In this document: positions 8,337-17,252 of the stretch, one piece after another
Layout: the number at the start of each line of letters is the position of its first letter
Numbering within the stretch: the first letter of the stretch is position 1
From: an uncultured Desulfobacter sp.
GTDB lineage: Bacteria; Desulfobacterota; Desulfobacteria; Desulfobacterales; Desulfobacteraceae
Assembly (NCBI GenBank): GCA_963665095.1
Contig: OY762069.1
Span: 1,536,001 to 1,600,000, forward strand
DNA: 64,000 nt
Direction: 5' to 3'
Made by a program: the position numbers and the translations under genes
Notes under the pieces: model-generated
Databases searched by the model: none
The model's input: the letters and a program-made list of their open reading frames with translations, nothing else
What the model was told of the DNA's origin: nothing

Positions 8337-9929
8337 TTAAGCCTGGCGGGGTGTTGTATAGTTGGATTCCAGCAAATGTTTATCTACGTTTTGTGGCATC
8401 AAGGCTTTGAATTCGTCCTCTGTCATGGCTTCCGGTAAATTTTCAAAGAGAAATTTGAGGTACCAGTAAGATTCAAGTCCATTGGCCTTGGCGGTTTCGA
8501 TCAGGCTATAAATGCAGGCACTGGCGCTGGCGCCCTCGGATGTACAAGAAAACAACCAGTTTTTTCTACCGACCACAAAGGGTCTTATGGCATTTTCAAC
8601 CACATTATTGTCCGGCATTACCAGGCCACTTTCCGTATACAGGACCAACCGATGCCATTGATTAAGGGTGTAGTTGATGGCCTTACCAAGAAGACTTTTG
8701 GGCGGCACTTTCTCAACTTGAGCATCCAACCATTTTTTAAATTCATCAAGGATAGGCAAGGCTTGTTCCTGTCTATTCCGGTAAAGTCCCTCAGCAGACA
8801 AACCAAGTTCTTTGGCCTCTTTCTCTATTTTATATAACTTGCTGATGTACTTCAGGGCTTTGCCTGCGATTCCCGTCGGGTTGCCATTTTTATTTCCGGC
8901 AGCTTTGGACACAGCCATGAACTTTCGACGTGCGTGTACCCAACACGCAATATGAATAATTCCCACGATATGATCAAGAAAGTCATAGCCAGCATAGCCA
9001 TCCGTCTGGACAATACCTTGATAATCGTTCAAAAAATTCCGGGCAACATCCCCGGATCGAGTTGCGTGATACTGGAACAGAATAATGGGATTATCCGGTG
9101 CCCCTCCTTTGAACACCCACATATAGCATTTTGACCGTTTGGGTTCTTTAAGAACCTGGACTGTTGTTTCATCAATATTTATCACTGGGCCTTTAAGGAT
9201 TTCACCCTCCATATATTCCAGCAGGATCTCACAGGCTTGGGCCACTTTCATAGCCCAATTGCACATATTGGATCTGTGGATGTCTACTCCAATTCGCTTA
9301 AACTGTTTTTCCTGCCGGTAGAAGGGTAAAGCATCTGCGAATTTGGCTGTCATTATATGGGCCAAAAGCCCTGGGGCTGCAATGCTCTTGGGAATCATTT
9401 GTTCCGGCATTCTTGCGATGGACACTGTTGGCCCATCATCTTCAACACCTTCGCAGTTTTTACAGGCGTATTTATAGCGGATGTTTCTGATTACTCTCAT
9501 TTGTGCCGGAATAATTTCAAGCTGTTCAGATTCTTCTTTGCCGCAACGGGATTTCATGCAGCCACAGGCACATATTTTTTCTTCCTCGGTCAGATCGTGG
9601 ATCACTTCAACCCGTGGAAGGTTTTCAGGCAAAGGTCTACGCCCTGGCTTCTTTCGATTATGGGCAGGCACGCTGATTTCTTCGGGTTCGTCCAATATAG
9701 GCGTATCCGGCTCAAAAGTATCAAAAAGGGATAGTTGACCGTCATTCTTATGGATTTTTTCTGTCTTTTTACCAAAAAGCTGGTCCCGAAGGCTTTTAAT
9801 CTGTTCGTTGAGAATTTTGATTTCGGCTTTATAATTGTGCTCTCTATCTGAAAAATCATTGACAAAACAAGCCATCATTTCTTTTAATTTCTCAACGTCA
9901 TTTATGTCTGCAAAAGCCTCTTTATTCAT
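8337..9929 (-). CDS. tnpC: IS66 transposase TnpC
   Basis: Leucine zipper, Zn-finger, IDETTVQVL, QTDGYAGY, DNNVVENAIR; start may be 9929 or 9962. Confidence 0.95.
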   Translation of the reverse strand: MNKEAFADINDVEKLKEMMACFVNDFSDREHNYKAEIKILNEQIKSLRDQLFGKKTEKIHKNDGQLSLFDTFEPDTPILDEPEEISVPAHNRKKPGRRPLPENLPRVEVIHDLTEEEKICACGCMKSRCGKEESEQLEIIPAQMRVIRNIRYKYACKNCEGVEDDGPTVSIARMPEQMIPKSIAAPGLLAHIMTAKFADALPFYRQEKQFKRIGVDIHRSNMCNWAMKVAQACEILLEYMEGEILKGPVINIDETTVQVLKEPKRSKCYMWVFKGGAPDNPIILFQYHATRSGDVARNFLNDYQGIVQTDGYAGYDFLDHIVGIIHIACWVHARRKFMAVSKAAGNKNGNPTGIAGKALKYISKLYKIEKEAKELGLSAEGLYRNRQEQALPILDEFKKWLDAQVEKVPPKSLLGKAINYTLNQWHRLVLYTESGLVMPDNNVVENAIRPFVVGRKNWLFSCTSEGASASACIYSLIETAKANGLESYWYLKFLFENLPEAMTEDEFKALMPQNVDKHLLESNYTTPRQA

Positions 9930-9974
9930 GCGTTGTATATACCATAACCACGCGGTTTTCACCAGTTTTTATGA

Positions 9975-10334
9975 TCAAAAAACAGCCGAATATTTTAATG
10001 ATTTATGTGCTTTTTCCTGACGAATAGAAAGTCCGTCCATCAGCCAGGAAAGCTCTTTTGCTCCGATGGTCAAAATCTGTTCTTTTGACTTGGGCCATTG
10101 GAAATAATCCTTTTCCAAGCGCTTGTGCCAAAGACAGAATCCATTGCGATCCCAATACAAGATTTTCAATATATTCCGTTTCCGGTTACAGAATACAAAC
10201 ATGTGTCCTGAAAATGGATCCAAATTTAACTTTCCGCTTACAAGTATGGATAGCCCATCAATGGCCTTGCGCATATCAGTGCTTCCAAGTGCGATATGAA
10301 TTTTTAAATTCTGGGTGGGAGAAAACATCAGCAC
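9975..10334 (-). CDS. tnpB: IS66 accessory protein TnpB
   Basis: TDMRKAIDGL...FVFCNRKR..LKILYWDRNGFCLWHKRLE. Confidence 0.95.
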   Translation of the reverse strand: MLMFSPTQNLKIHIALGSTDMRKAIDGLSILVSGKLNLDPFSGHMFVFCNRKRNILKILYWDRNGFCLWHKRLEKDYFQWPKSKEQILTIGAKELSWLMDGLSIRQEKAHKSLKYSAVF

Positions 10335-10660
10335 CGCCTCAATACTTGAAGCACCTGGGCCAGGGTTGTTTGGGAAAAGCCATCCGGTATTTCGATCTGA
10401 AATCCGTTATCTGTATTCAACGCTAAGCCTTTTCGTTCAGAAAGGCTTAGCGCCTGGCTAATCTGCGTTGAAGGGACCTGAACAAATTCAGGGACAATTG
10501 CCTGGCTTTTGAATTTCATTTTCCAGTATGTAAATTGATTGGGTCTCAAATCATTTTGCTTGCAGTATGCATTTTGGGACATACCCGATTCAGACCATTG
10601 TTTAATGTGGTAATTCCAGAACTGGGTTAGATTTTGGTTTTTCTTCTCTGTCTCTGACAT
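10328..10660 (-). CDS. tnpA: IS66 accessory protein TnpA
   Basis: W..HIKQWSESGMSQNAYC...QFTYW HTH. Confidence 0.9.
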   Translation of the reverse strand: MSETEKKNQNLTQFWNYHIKQWSESGMSQNAYCKQNDLRPNQFTYWKMKFKSQAIVPEFVQVPSTQISQALSLSERKGLALNTDNGFQIEIPDGFSQTTLAQVLQVLRRC

Positions 10661-10744
10661 ATGATGGGCCTCCGTTAATTAAAAGTTGGCTCATCATCTC
10701 ATGTCATTCTCATGATTTGTAGATGGGGTTTTTTAAACGCTTAC

Positions 10745-11174
10745 TTTTGAGCTGACCGAGAACAACTTGGTTTTCCGAGGCCCAGGCGCTAATCATATGG
10801 ATGGCTTTTTTATCTTCAGATTTATTATGAGAGCGTCTCAAGGTTTTTCCGTCTATCGCTACCACCTGGCCTTTGGTTTGTTTCGCTACGGAAGAAATCC
10901 ATTTTTTGAAGCTACCCTGAAACTCTTGTGGGTTCATTCTTTCAAAAATCCGATCAAAGGTATCATGTGACGGAATTCCATATGGTAATTCCAAGAACTT
11001 AGAAAGCCACCGTTTTCGCTTTTTTCCAAAATTTTCAATTTGCTCGTAGGTATCAGCCCCTGCCACAACGCCACAAATTGCAATTGTAATCACATCAATT
11101 AATTTATGAAGCTTATTGTGGTGTCGATGGTCTTCAATCGTCTCAAAGTATTTGTCTATTGTATTTTTGTTCAT
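10745..11174 (-). pseudogene. ISAs1-family transposase, N-terminal fragment
   Basis: HKLIDVITIAICGVVAGAD, GIPSHDTF, VAIDGKTLRRS, HMISAW motifs. Confidence 0.92.
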
Positions 11175-11387
11175 TGGCAACTCCCTGTTTTTGTTGCCAA
11201 TAGATACTATAAAATGAATAAAAAATCTAGCGAAAATATCATCTTTAATTTCAACGAGTTAAGTCTATTCATTTGGCTTGAACTTACTTTTTTCAGCCCC
11301 TATTATGCCTTGGGGTTTCAAATATTTTGTAACCGGTTTAAGTATTATAGCCCTCCCGGCATGTCTTTTTTACATGCGATAGCCCTG
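10745..11387 (-). mobile_element. ISAs1-family element, truncated by IS66 copy 1
   Basis: Left end CAGGGCTATCGCATG at 11387 (minus strand); transposase cut exactly at the IS66 terminus. Confidence 0.85.
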
Positions 11388-11761
11388 TCGTTTGGATACC
11401 CAAGTATCGTCGTAAAGAGTTGTACGGGAAAAAGAGACAAATAGTTGTAGATACGATTAAGCAGTGGGCTCGGATTAAAGGTATAGAAATCATTGAGGGG
11501 CGTGCGATGCCTGACCATATTCACCTTTGCCTTTCGATTCCGCCAAAATATGCGGTGGCCCATGTCATTGGTCTTTTGAAAGGGAAGAGTGCATCGGAAG
11601 TGATGAGCTTTGGAAACAAGAGTAGTCGAATGGTGCGAGGCCGGACATTTTGGGCTCGTGGCTATTGTGTTAGCACTGTTGGTCTTGATGAAGAAAAGAT
11701 ACGAGAATATATAAGAAACCAAGAACGTAAAGACATTCTCGAAGAAGAAACAGGTATTTAA
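11388..11761 (+). pseudogene. tnpA: IS200/IS605 Y1 (HUH) transposase TnpA, 5'-truncated by ISAs1
   Basis: VWIPKYRRK, PDHIH (HUH), LKGKS, FWARGYCVSTVG, YIRNQ. Confidence 0.9.
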
Positions 11762-11787
11762 GTTTTACTAAAAAAGGTAGTTGGTCG

Positions 11788-11840
11788 GAGACCCCCCTTT
11801 AGGGGGGCCTCATGAAACCACCAGTTTACTGGTGGTATTC
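11788..11840 (+). repeat. IS200-type right-end hairpins
   Basis: CCCCCC-TTTA-GGGGGG and ACCACCAGT-TT-ACTGGTGGT palindromes after tnpA. Confidence 0.75.
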
Positions 11841-12027
11841 ATTTGTTGTTCAACTAAATGGCTTGTTGCAGATTTCGGGGGATGGGCAAAAAACCCCGGT
11901 TAATAAATGGATAAAAATCGGGAAGTATGAACTTCAACAAAATCTAATAAATTCAAAAGTTTTCCCAAAATTATGTGGGGCTTTTCCCCTAAATGTTTAA
12001 TTGCACCCATTAACCCGATATTCGGGA

Positions 12028-12525
12028 TTATCTGCGTTGTCCCCCGCCACCCCCCTTACCTCTGCCTTGACCGCTTCCGCCGCCCATACCCTTACCACCA
12101 CCACCGCCCATACCACGGCCGCCGCCAGCAATCCCCCGCCCTTTCATTCCACCCTGACCCTGGGGTGCATCAGTTGATTGGGAGGTCTTAGCCTGGGCAT
12201 AAGAACCTTGTTTGAATTTGGCCAAGGCCTCTTGTACCGTATCCTGGGGTGATAAACCCTCCACAAGAGAGATCCCGGTTGTTTGAAATACCTGGGCAGC
12301 ATTGGGGCCGACAGCGCCGGTGAGAATCGCATCAATATTTTTATCTGACAAAAGGTTGGTCGCAGAGATTCCTGCCCCCTGCCCCTGGGTGGCAGCATGA
12401 TTTTCAACGGCCTCAATGATATTGCCAGTGTCTGTATCGATAATTAAAAACCAAGGTGCCCTGCCAAATCGGGGGTCAACGTTGGCATTAATCTCTTTCC
12501 CTGTTGATGTTATGCAAAGTTTCAT
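12028..12525 (-). CDS. NifB/NifX-family (FeMo-cofactor-binding-like) protein with Gly-rich tail
   Basis: MKLCITSTG...VDPRFGRAPWFLIID...GAGI...ILTGAVGPNA; GAGGAG RBS before ATG 12525. Confidence 0.88.
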   Translation of the reverse strand: MKLCITSTGKEINANVDPRFGRAPWFLIIDTDTGNIIEAVENHAATQGQGAGISATNLLSDKNIDAILTGAVGPNAAQVFQTTGISLVEGLSPQDTVQEALAKFKQGSYAQAKTSQSTDAPQGQGGMKGRGIAGGGRGMGGGGGKGMGGGSGQGRGKGGGGGQRR

Positions 12526-12620
12526 CTTTTTCTCCTCGAATACCCATGAAGATAATGGGCTATCTGTCTTATGTACCGAATAAAATTCGGCGTTGTTTAT
12601 GTTCAACTGAAGCTTCCTAT

Positions 12621-12740
12621 CACTACAGCGACACTTCCGAAATCGCCCCTGTCGATGGAGCATTTTATAGCTCTAAATCAGCTAAAATATGGTGATTCTC
12701 CACCCTTTTTTGTGTGAAAAAAACAAGTGTCGCTGTAGTG
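12621..12740. mobile_element. 120-bp MITE
   Basis: Perfect 16-bp TIR CACTACAGCGACACTT / AAGTGTCGCTGTAGTG; 4-bp direct repeat CTAT at 12617-12620 and 12741-12744. Confidence 0.8.
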
Positions 12741-12760
12741 CTATAACAGCCATGGACTGA

Positions 12761-12960
12761 CATTTTGAAAAAGAGCTTATCCTTCTAAATGTTCTGTGGT
12801 ATTTGCGTTATGCCCTTAGCTACCGGGATCTGGAAGAAATGATGTTGGAACGGGGGTAAAGGTTGACCACACGACCATCTATCGGTGGGTTCAAAGCTAT
12901 TCCCCGGAAATTGAGAAAAGATGCAAACCCCACCTCCAACCCACCAACGATTCTTATCGT
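12761..12960 (+). pseudogene. IS6-family (IS26-like) transposase fragment, frameshifted
   Basis: Manual translation: HFEKELILLNVLWYLRYALSYRDLEEMMLERG / VDHTTIYRWVQSYSPEIEKR. Confidence 0.85.
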
Positions 12961-12970
12961 ACACGCGATG

Positions 12971-13291
12971 TCAGAGGGCACGACCACTACCCGATCCCAT
13001 ACCTCCGCCACTGCGACCCATCCCCCCCCCTCTACCAGGTGGCTCGTCGGGCAGTGTTAAACCGCGTTCCTTGGCTCGCTCTTGCATCTGCTCGTGATGC
13101 TCATTCCGGATTTGCTCTCGTTCCTGGATTGTTTTTACGGAACGCATTTTTGCGTGATACTCAGCTCGCTCTTGTTGCGTCATGAGTTGGCTGCCGTAGA
13201 TTTGTTTGTCCTGGTCGGCCGCGAACGCGAATCCACTAAACAAAACCAAGGCAGCAACCAAGGTAGACATCATCAGTGTTCGTTTCATCAT
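12971..13291 (-). CDS. Secreted hypothetical protein with Gly/Met-rich tail
   Basis: AAGGAG RBS; signal peptide ending AFA; helical IYGSQLMTQQERAEY...EHHEQMQERAK core. Confidence 0.75.
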   Translation of the reverse strand: MMKRTLMMSTLVAALVLFSGFAFAADQDKQIYGSQLMTQQERAEYHAKMRSVKTIQEREQIRNEHHEQMQERAKERGLTLPDEPPGRGGGMGRSGGGMGSGSGRAL

Positions 13292-13469
13292 CTTAAACTC
13301 CTTGTGACTTTGGGTTGGTGTAATTGTAATTAACGGCTGCATCCAATGAAACCCGTTCAATGGATGCGTCTAACAATTTAATCAACGGGTCCGCATAGTG
13401 TCCCTATATATGAAAAAGGAGTTGCTGCAGACATCGCAATATTTTTTTCATCTTGATCAACATAATATA

Positions 13470-13486
13470 TTCAAGTTTCATACCAG
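13470..13486 (-). promoter_or_regulatory. Possible sigma54 (-24/-12) promoter for the secreted-protein gene
   Basis: CTGGTATGAAACTTGAA versus consensus TGGCAC-N5-TTGCW; the -12 element is imperfect. Confidence 0.35.
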
Positions 13487-13685
13487 GTGGGAGAATCTTT
13501 TTTTTTCATACAACAGGCTGTTTTATATGCAAAAATCTTTATATGACGGATCTGCGTGAGAGTTAAATATGGAATCAAGGAATGATCATATATGATCAAT
13601 GGTCATACAAGACCACTTTTCAACCGTATTTGTTTTTCAGAGTATTTTATCGTTGAATTGTAAGCGGTGTATCAACCGCACCTTT

Positions 13686-15278
13686 TTAAGCCTGACGGGG
13701 TGTTGTATAGTTGGATTCCAGCAAATGTTTATCCACGTTTTGTGGCATCAAGGCTTTAAATTCATCTTCCGTCATGGCTTCCGGTAAATTTTCAAAGAGA
13801 AATTTGAGGTACCAGTAAGGTTCAAGCCCATTGGCCTTGGCTGTTTCGATCAGGCTGTAAATGCAGGCACTGGCATCGGCGCCCGCAGGTGTACATGAAA
13901 ACAACCAATTTTTTCTGCCCACCACAAAGGGTCTTATGGCATTTTCGACTACATTATTATCCGGCATTACCAGACCACTTGCCGTATACAGAACCAATCT
14001 ATGCCATTGATTAAGGGTGTAGTTAATGGCTTTACCAAGAAGACTTTTGGGCGGTACCTTTTCAACTTGAGCATCCAACCATTTTTTAAATTCATCAAGG
14101 ATAGGCAAGGATAGCTCCTGCCTTTTCCAGTAAAGTCCATCAGCAGACAAACCAAGTTCTTTGGCCTCTCTTTCTATTTTGTATAATTTGCTGATGTACT
14201 TCAGGGCTTTGCCGGCGGTTCCCGTTGGGTTGCCAGTTTTATTTCCGGCAGCTTTGACCACAGCCATGAACTTTCGACGTGCGTGTGCCCAGCACGCAAC
14301 ATGAATGATTTCCACAATATGATCAAGAAAGTCATAGCCAGCATAGCCATCCGTCTGAACAACACCTTGATAACCGTTCAAAAAATTCCGGGCAACATCC
14401 CCGGATCGAGTTGGGTGATACTGGAACAGAATAATGGGATTATCCGGTGTCCCTCCTTTGAACACCCACATATAGCATTTTGACCGTTTCGGTTCTTTGA
14501 GAACCTGGACTGTTGTTTCGTCAATATTTATCACTGGGCCTTTAAGGATTTCATCCTTCATATATTCCAGCAGGATCTCACAGGCTTGGGCCACTTTCAT
14601 AGCCCAATTGCACATATTGGATCTGTGGATGTCTACTCCAATTCGCTTAAACTGTTTTTCCTGCCGGTAGAAGGGTAAAGCATCTGCGAATTTGGCTGTC
14701 ATTATATGGGCCAAAAGCCCTGGGGTTGCAATGCTCTTGGGAATCATTTGTTCCGGCATTCTTGCGATGGACACTGTTGGCCCATCATCTTCAACACCTT
14801 CGCAGTTTTTACAGGCGTATTTATAGCGGATGTTTCTGATTACTCTCATTTGTGCCGGAATAATTTCAAGCTGTTCAGATTCTTCTTTGCCGCAACGGGA
14901 TTTCATGCAGCCACAGGCACATATTTTTTCTTCCTCGGTCAGATCATGGATCACCTCAACCCGTGGAAGGTTTTCAGGCAAAGGCCTGCGCCCTGGCTTC
15001 TTTCGATTATGGGCAGGCACGCTGATTTCTTCGGGTTCGTCCAATATGGGCGTATCCGGCTCAAAAGTATCAAAAAGGGATAGTTGACCGTCATTCTTAT
15101 GGATTTTTTCTGTCTTTTTACCAAAAAGCTGGTCCCGAAGGCTTTTAATCTGTTCGTTGAGAATTTTGATTTCGGCTTTATAATTGTGCTCTCTATCTGA
15201 AAAATCATTGACAAAACAAGCCATCATTTCTTTTAATTTCTCAACGTCATTTATGTCTGCAAAAGCCTCTTTATTCAT
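13686..15278 (-). CDS. tnpC: IS66 transposase TnpC
   Basis: As copy 1, with about 24 aa differences. Confidence 0.95.
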   Translation of the reverse strand: MNKEAFADINDVEKLKEMMACFVNDFSDREHNYKAEIKILNEQIKSLRDQLFGKKTEKIHKNDGQLSLFDTFEPDTPILDEPEEISVPAHNRKKPGRRPLPENLPRVEVIHDLTEEEKICACGCMKSRCGKEESEQLEIIPAQMRVIRNIRYKYACKNCEGVEDDGPTVSIARMPEQMIPKSIATPGLLAHIMTAKFADALPFYRQEKQFKRIGVDIHRSNMCNWAMKVAQACEILLEYMKDEILKGPVINIDETTVQVLKEPKRSKCYMWVFKGGTPDNPIILFQYHPTRSGDVARNFLNGYQGVVQTDGYAGYDFLDHIVEIIHVACWAHARRKFMAVVKAAGNKTGNPTGTAGKALKYISKLYKIEREAKELGLSADGLYWKRQELSLPILDEFKKWLDAQVEKVPPKSLLGKAINYTLNQWHRLVLYTASGLVMPDNNVVENAIRPFVVGRKNWLFSCTPAGADASACIYSLIETAKANGLEPYWYLKFLFENLPEAMTEDEFKALMPQNVDKHLLESNYTTPRQA

Positions 15279-15323
15279 GCGTTGTATATACCATAACCAC
15301 GCGGTTTTCACCAGTTTTTATGA

Positions 15324-15683
15324 TCAAAAAACAGCCGAATATTTTAATGATTTATGTGCTTTTTCCTGACGAATAGAAAGTCCGTCCATCAGCCAGGAAA
15401 GCTCTTTTGCTCCGATGGTCAAAATCTGTTCTTTTGACTTGGGCCATTGGAAATAATCCTTTTCCAAGCGCTTGTGCCAAAGACAGAATCCATTGCGATC
15501 CCAATACAGGATTTTCAATATATTCCGTTTCCGGTTACAGAATACAAACATGTGTCCTGAAAATGGATCCAAATTTAACTTTCCGCTTACAAGTATGGAT
15601 AGCCCATCAATGGCCTTGCGCATATCAGTGCTTCCAAGTGCGATATGAATTTTTAAATTCTGGGTGGGAGAAAACATCAGCAC
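15324..15683 (-). CDS. tnpB: IS66 accessory protein TnpB
   Basis: Protein identical to copy 1. Confidence 0.95.
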   Translation of the reverse strand: MLMFSPTQNLKIHIALGSTDMRKAIDGLSILVSGKLNLDPFSGHMFVFCNRKRNILKILYWDRNGFCLWHKRLEKDYFQWPKSKEQILTIGAKELSWLMDGLSIRQEKAHKSLKYSAVF

Positions 15684-16009
15684 CGCCTCAATACTTGAAG
15701 CACCTGGGCCAGGGTTGTTTGGGAAAAGCCATCCGGTATTTCGATCTGAAATCCGTTATCTGTATTCAACGTTAATCCTTTTTGTTCAGAAAGACTTAGT
15801 GCCTGGCTGATCTGCGTTGAAGGGACCTGAACGAATTCTGGGGCAAGTGCCTGGCTTTTGAATTTCATTTTCCAGTATGTAAATTGATTGGGTCTTAAAT
15901 CATTTTGCCTACAGTATGCATTTTGGGACATACCCGATTCAGACCATTGTTTAATGTGGTACTTCCAGAACTGGGTTAGTTTTTGGTTTTTCTTCTCTGT
16001 TTCTGACAT
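15677..16009 (-). CDS. tnpA: IS66 accessory protein TnpA
   Basis: As copy 1, with 7 aa differences. Confidence 0.9.
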   Translation of the reverse strand: MSETEKKNQKLTQFWKYHIKQWSESGMSQNAYCRQNDLRPNQFTYWKMKFKSQALAPEFVQVPSTQISQALSLSEQKGLTLNTDNGFQIEIPDGFSQTTLAQVLQVLRRC

Positions 16010-16093
16010 ATGATGGGCCTCCGTTAATTAAAAGTTGGCTCATCTTCTCATGTCATTTTAATGAGTTGTAGATGGGGTCCTTTAAACGCTTAC

Positions 16094-16609
16094 GGTCATC
16101 TGATCGGGAAGGATTTCAAGGTTGAAAAACTGATCTGAATCCACCAGGCAGGACCGGCAGAAATTCCAGTCTTCCGGCAGAAACGAAGATGCGCCGGAAG
16201 CGACAATGATTTTATCGGCCCGGATGGTTTCATCTCCGGTAGAAAGGGTGTTCGGACCGGTAAAATGGACATTTTTCCTGACAAATTTATCCTGCCACGT
16301 TTCCATGGAGGACTTGACGCCGTCACTGAACTTGTCCCTTAAACGCCGCACTTCCTGCATAACGGCCTGATAATCAGGGCGGCAGTTGTCCGTGTCCGAC
16401 AGTCCCAGTCCCTTGAACTGCATACGCTGGTGGTAGGCATTGGCCATTTCAATAAGTGCCTTGGATGGCATACAGCCGGCCCAGGCACAGGTGGTGCCGA
16501 GTACGCCGCCGTCAAACACCACATATCGATCCGTTTTTTTTGCCACTTCATTTCTTGCGACCAGGCCGGCGGTTCCGGCCCCGATGATGGCAACATCATA
16601 TTTTTTCAT
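16094..16609 (-). pseudogene. lpd: Dihydrolipoamide dehydrogenase-family flavoprotein, 5' fragment
   Basis: YDVAIIGAGTAG FAD motif; redox disulfide GTTCAWAGCMPSK. Confidence 0.92.
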
Positions 16610-16863
16610 TCTTTACTTTCTCCGTTTGATTTTTTTTAGCCATGACATCCAGCCACGATATAAAGATAATAAGTCTCTCCTGCCTGTTTCAATGGGGGAA
16701 AACATGTAATTTTTCAAATACATGGTTGACCGGGCCCCAATGGGTGTAAACCCGAATTTACCACTCTTCAGTAGACCTGTAATCTTAGGCCATCACTTGC
16801 TGCAGGGTCTTTGTTTTTAATAAGGTGCCTGCACAAAACAACGTTTACATAAAGGAGGTAACA

Positions 16864-17238
16864 ATGGCTGAAAGAAAACAGGTTTACAAATGCGAGCTTT
16901 GCGGAAATGTAGTTGAAGTCCTTCACGGTGCGGAAGGCGAACTTGTTTGCTGTGGTGCGCCAATGGTTCTTTTTGAAGAAATATCAGCTGACGAGGGAAA
17001 AGAGAAACATGTACCCGTAATTGAAGCCACCGCTGACGGCGTAAAGGTCAAAGTGGGTTCCAATCCTCATCCCATGGAAGAAAAACATTTTATTGAATGG
17101 ATTGAAGTCATTGACGGGGATGACGCTTGCCGCCATTACCTGAAGCCCGGCCAGGCTCCGAAAACTGTTTTCAAAGGCTGCTCTGCAAATGTAACCGCAC
17201 GGGAATACTGCAACGTCCACGGCCTGTGGAAATCATAA
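16864..17238 (+). CDS. dfx: Desulfoferrodoxin (2Fe superoxide reductase)
   Basis: CELC...CC desulforedoxin domain; [29 protein letters not shown]. Confidence 0.96.
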   Translation: MAERKQVYKCELCGNVVEVLHGAEGELVCCGAPMVLFEEISADEGKEKHVPVIEATADGVKVKVGSNPHPMEEKHFIEWIEVIDGDDACRHYLKPGQAPKTVFKGCSANVTAREYCNVHGLWKS

Positions 17239-17252
17239 CAATTCCCTTTCAG

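Larger units (their letters stand above)
8311..10744 (-). mobile_element. IS66-family element, copy 1 (2434 bp)
   Basis: GTAAGCG...CGCTTAC termini; tnpA-tnpB-tnpC. Confidence 0.96.
8311..16093 (-). mobile_element. Composite transposon bounded by two directly oriented IS66 copies
   Basis: 8-bp target duplication GGTCATCT at 8303-8310 and 16094-16101; the inner flanks (TTTTGAGC, GTTGAATT) do not match it. Confidence 0.9.
13660..16093 (-). mobile_element. IS66-family element, copy 2 (2434 bp; isoform of copy 1)
   Basis: Same termini, length and gene order as copy 1. Confidence 0.96.

Noticed and set aside
11388..11900. TnpB/IscB RNA-guided nuclease next to the IS200 tnpA
   Set aside because: tnpA is followed directly by end hairpins with no tnpB ORF; the IS66 TnpB proteins are unrelated to RNA-guided TnpB
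12028..12525. NifX-family gene as evidence for nitrogen fixation
   Set aside because: The family is widespread outside diazotrophs and no nif genes are in the window
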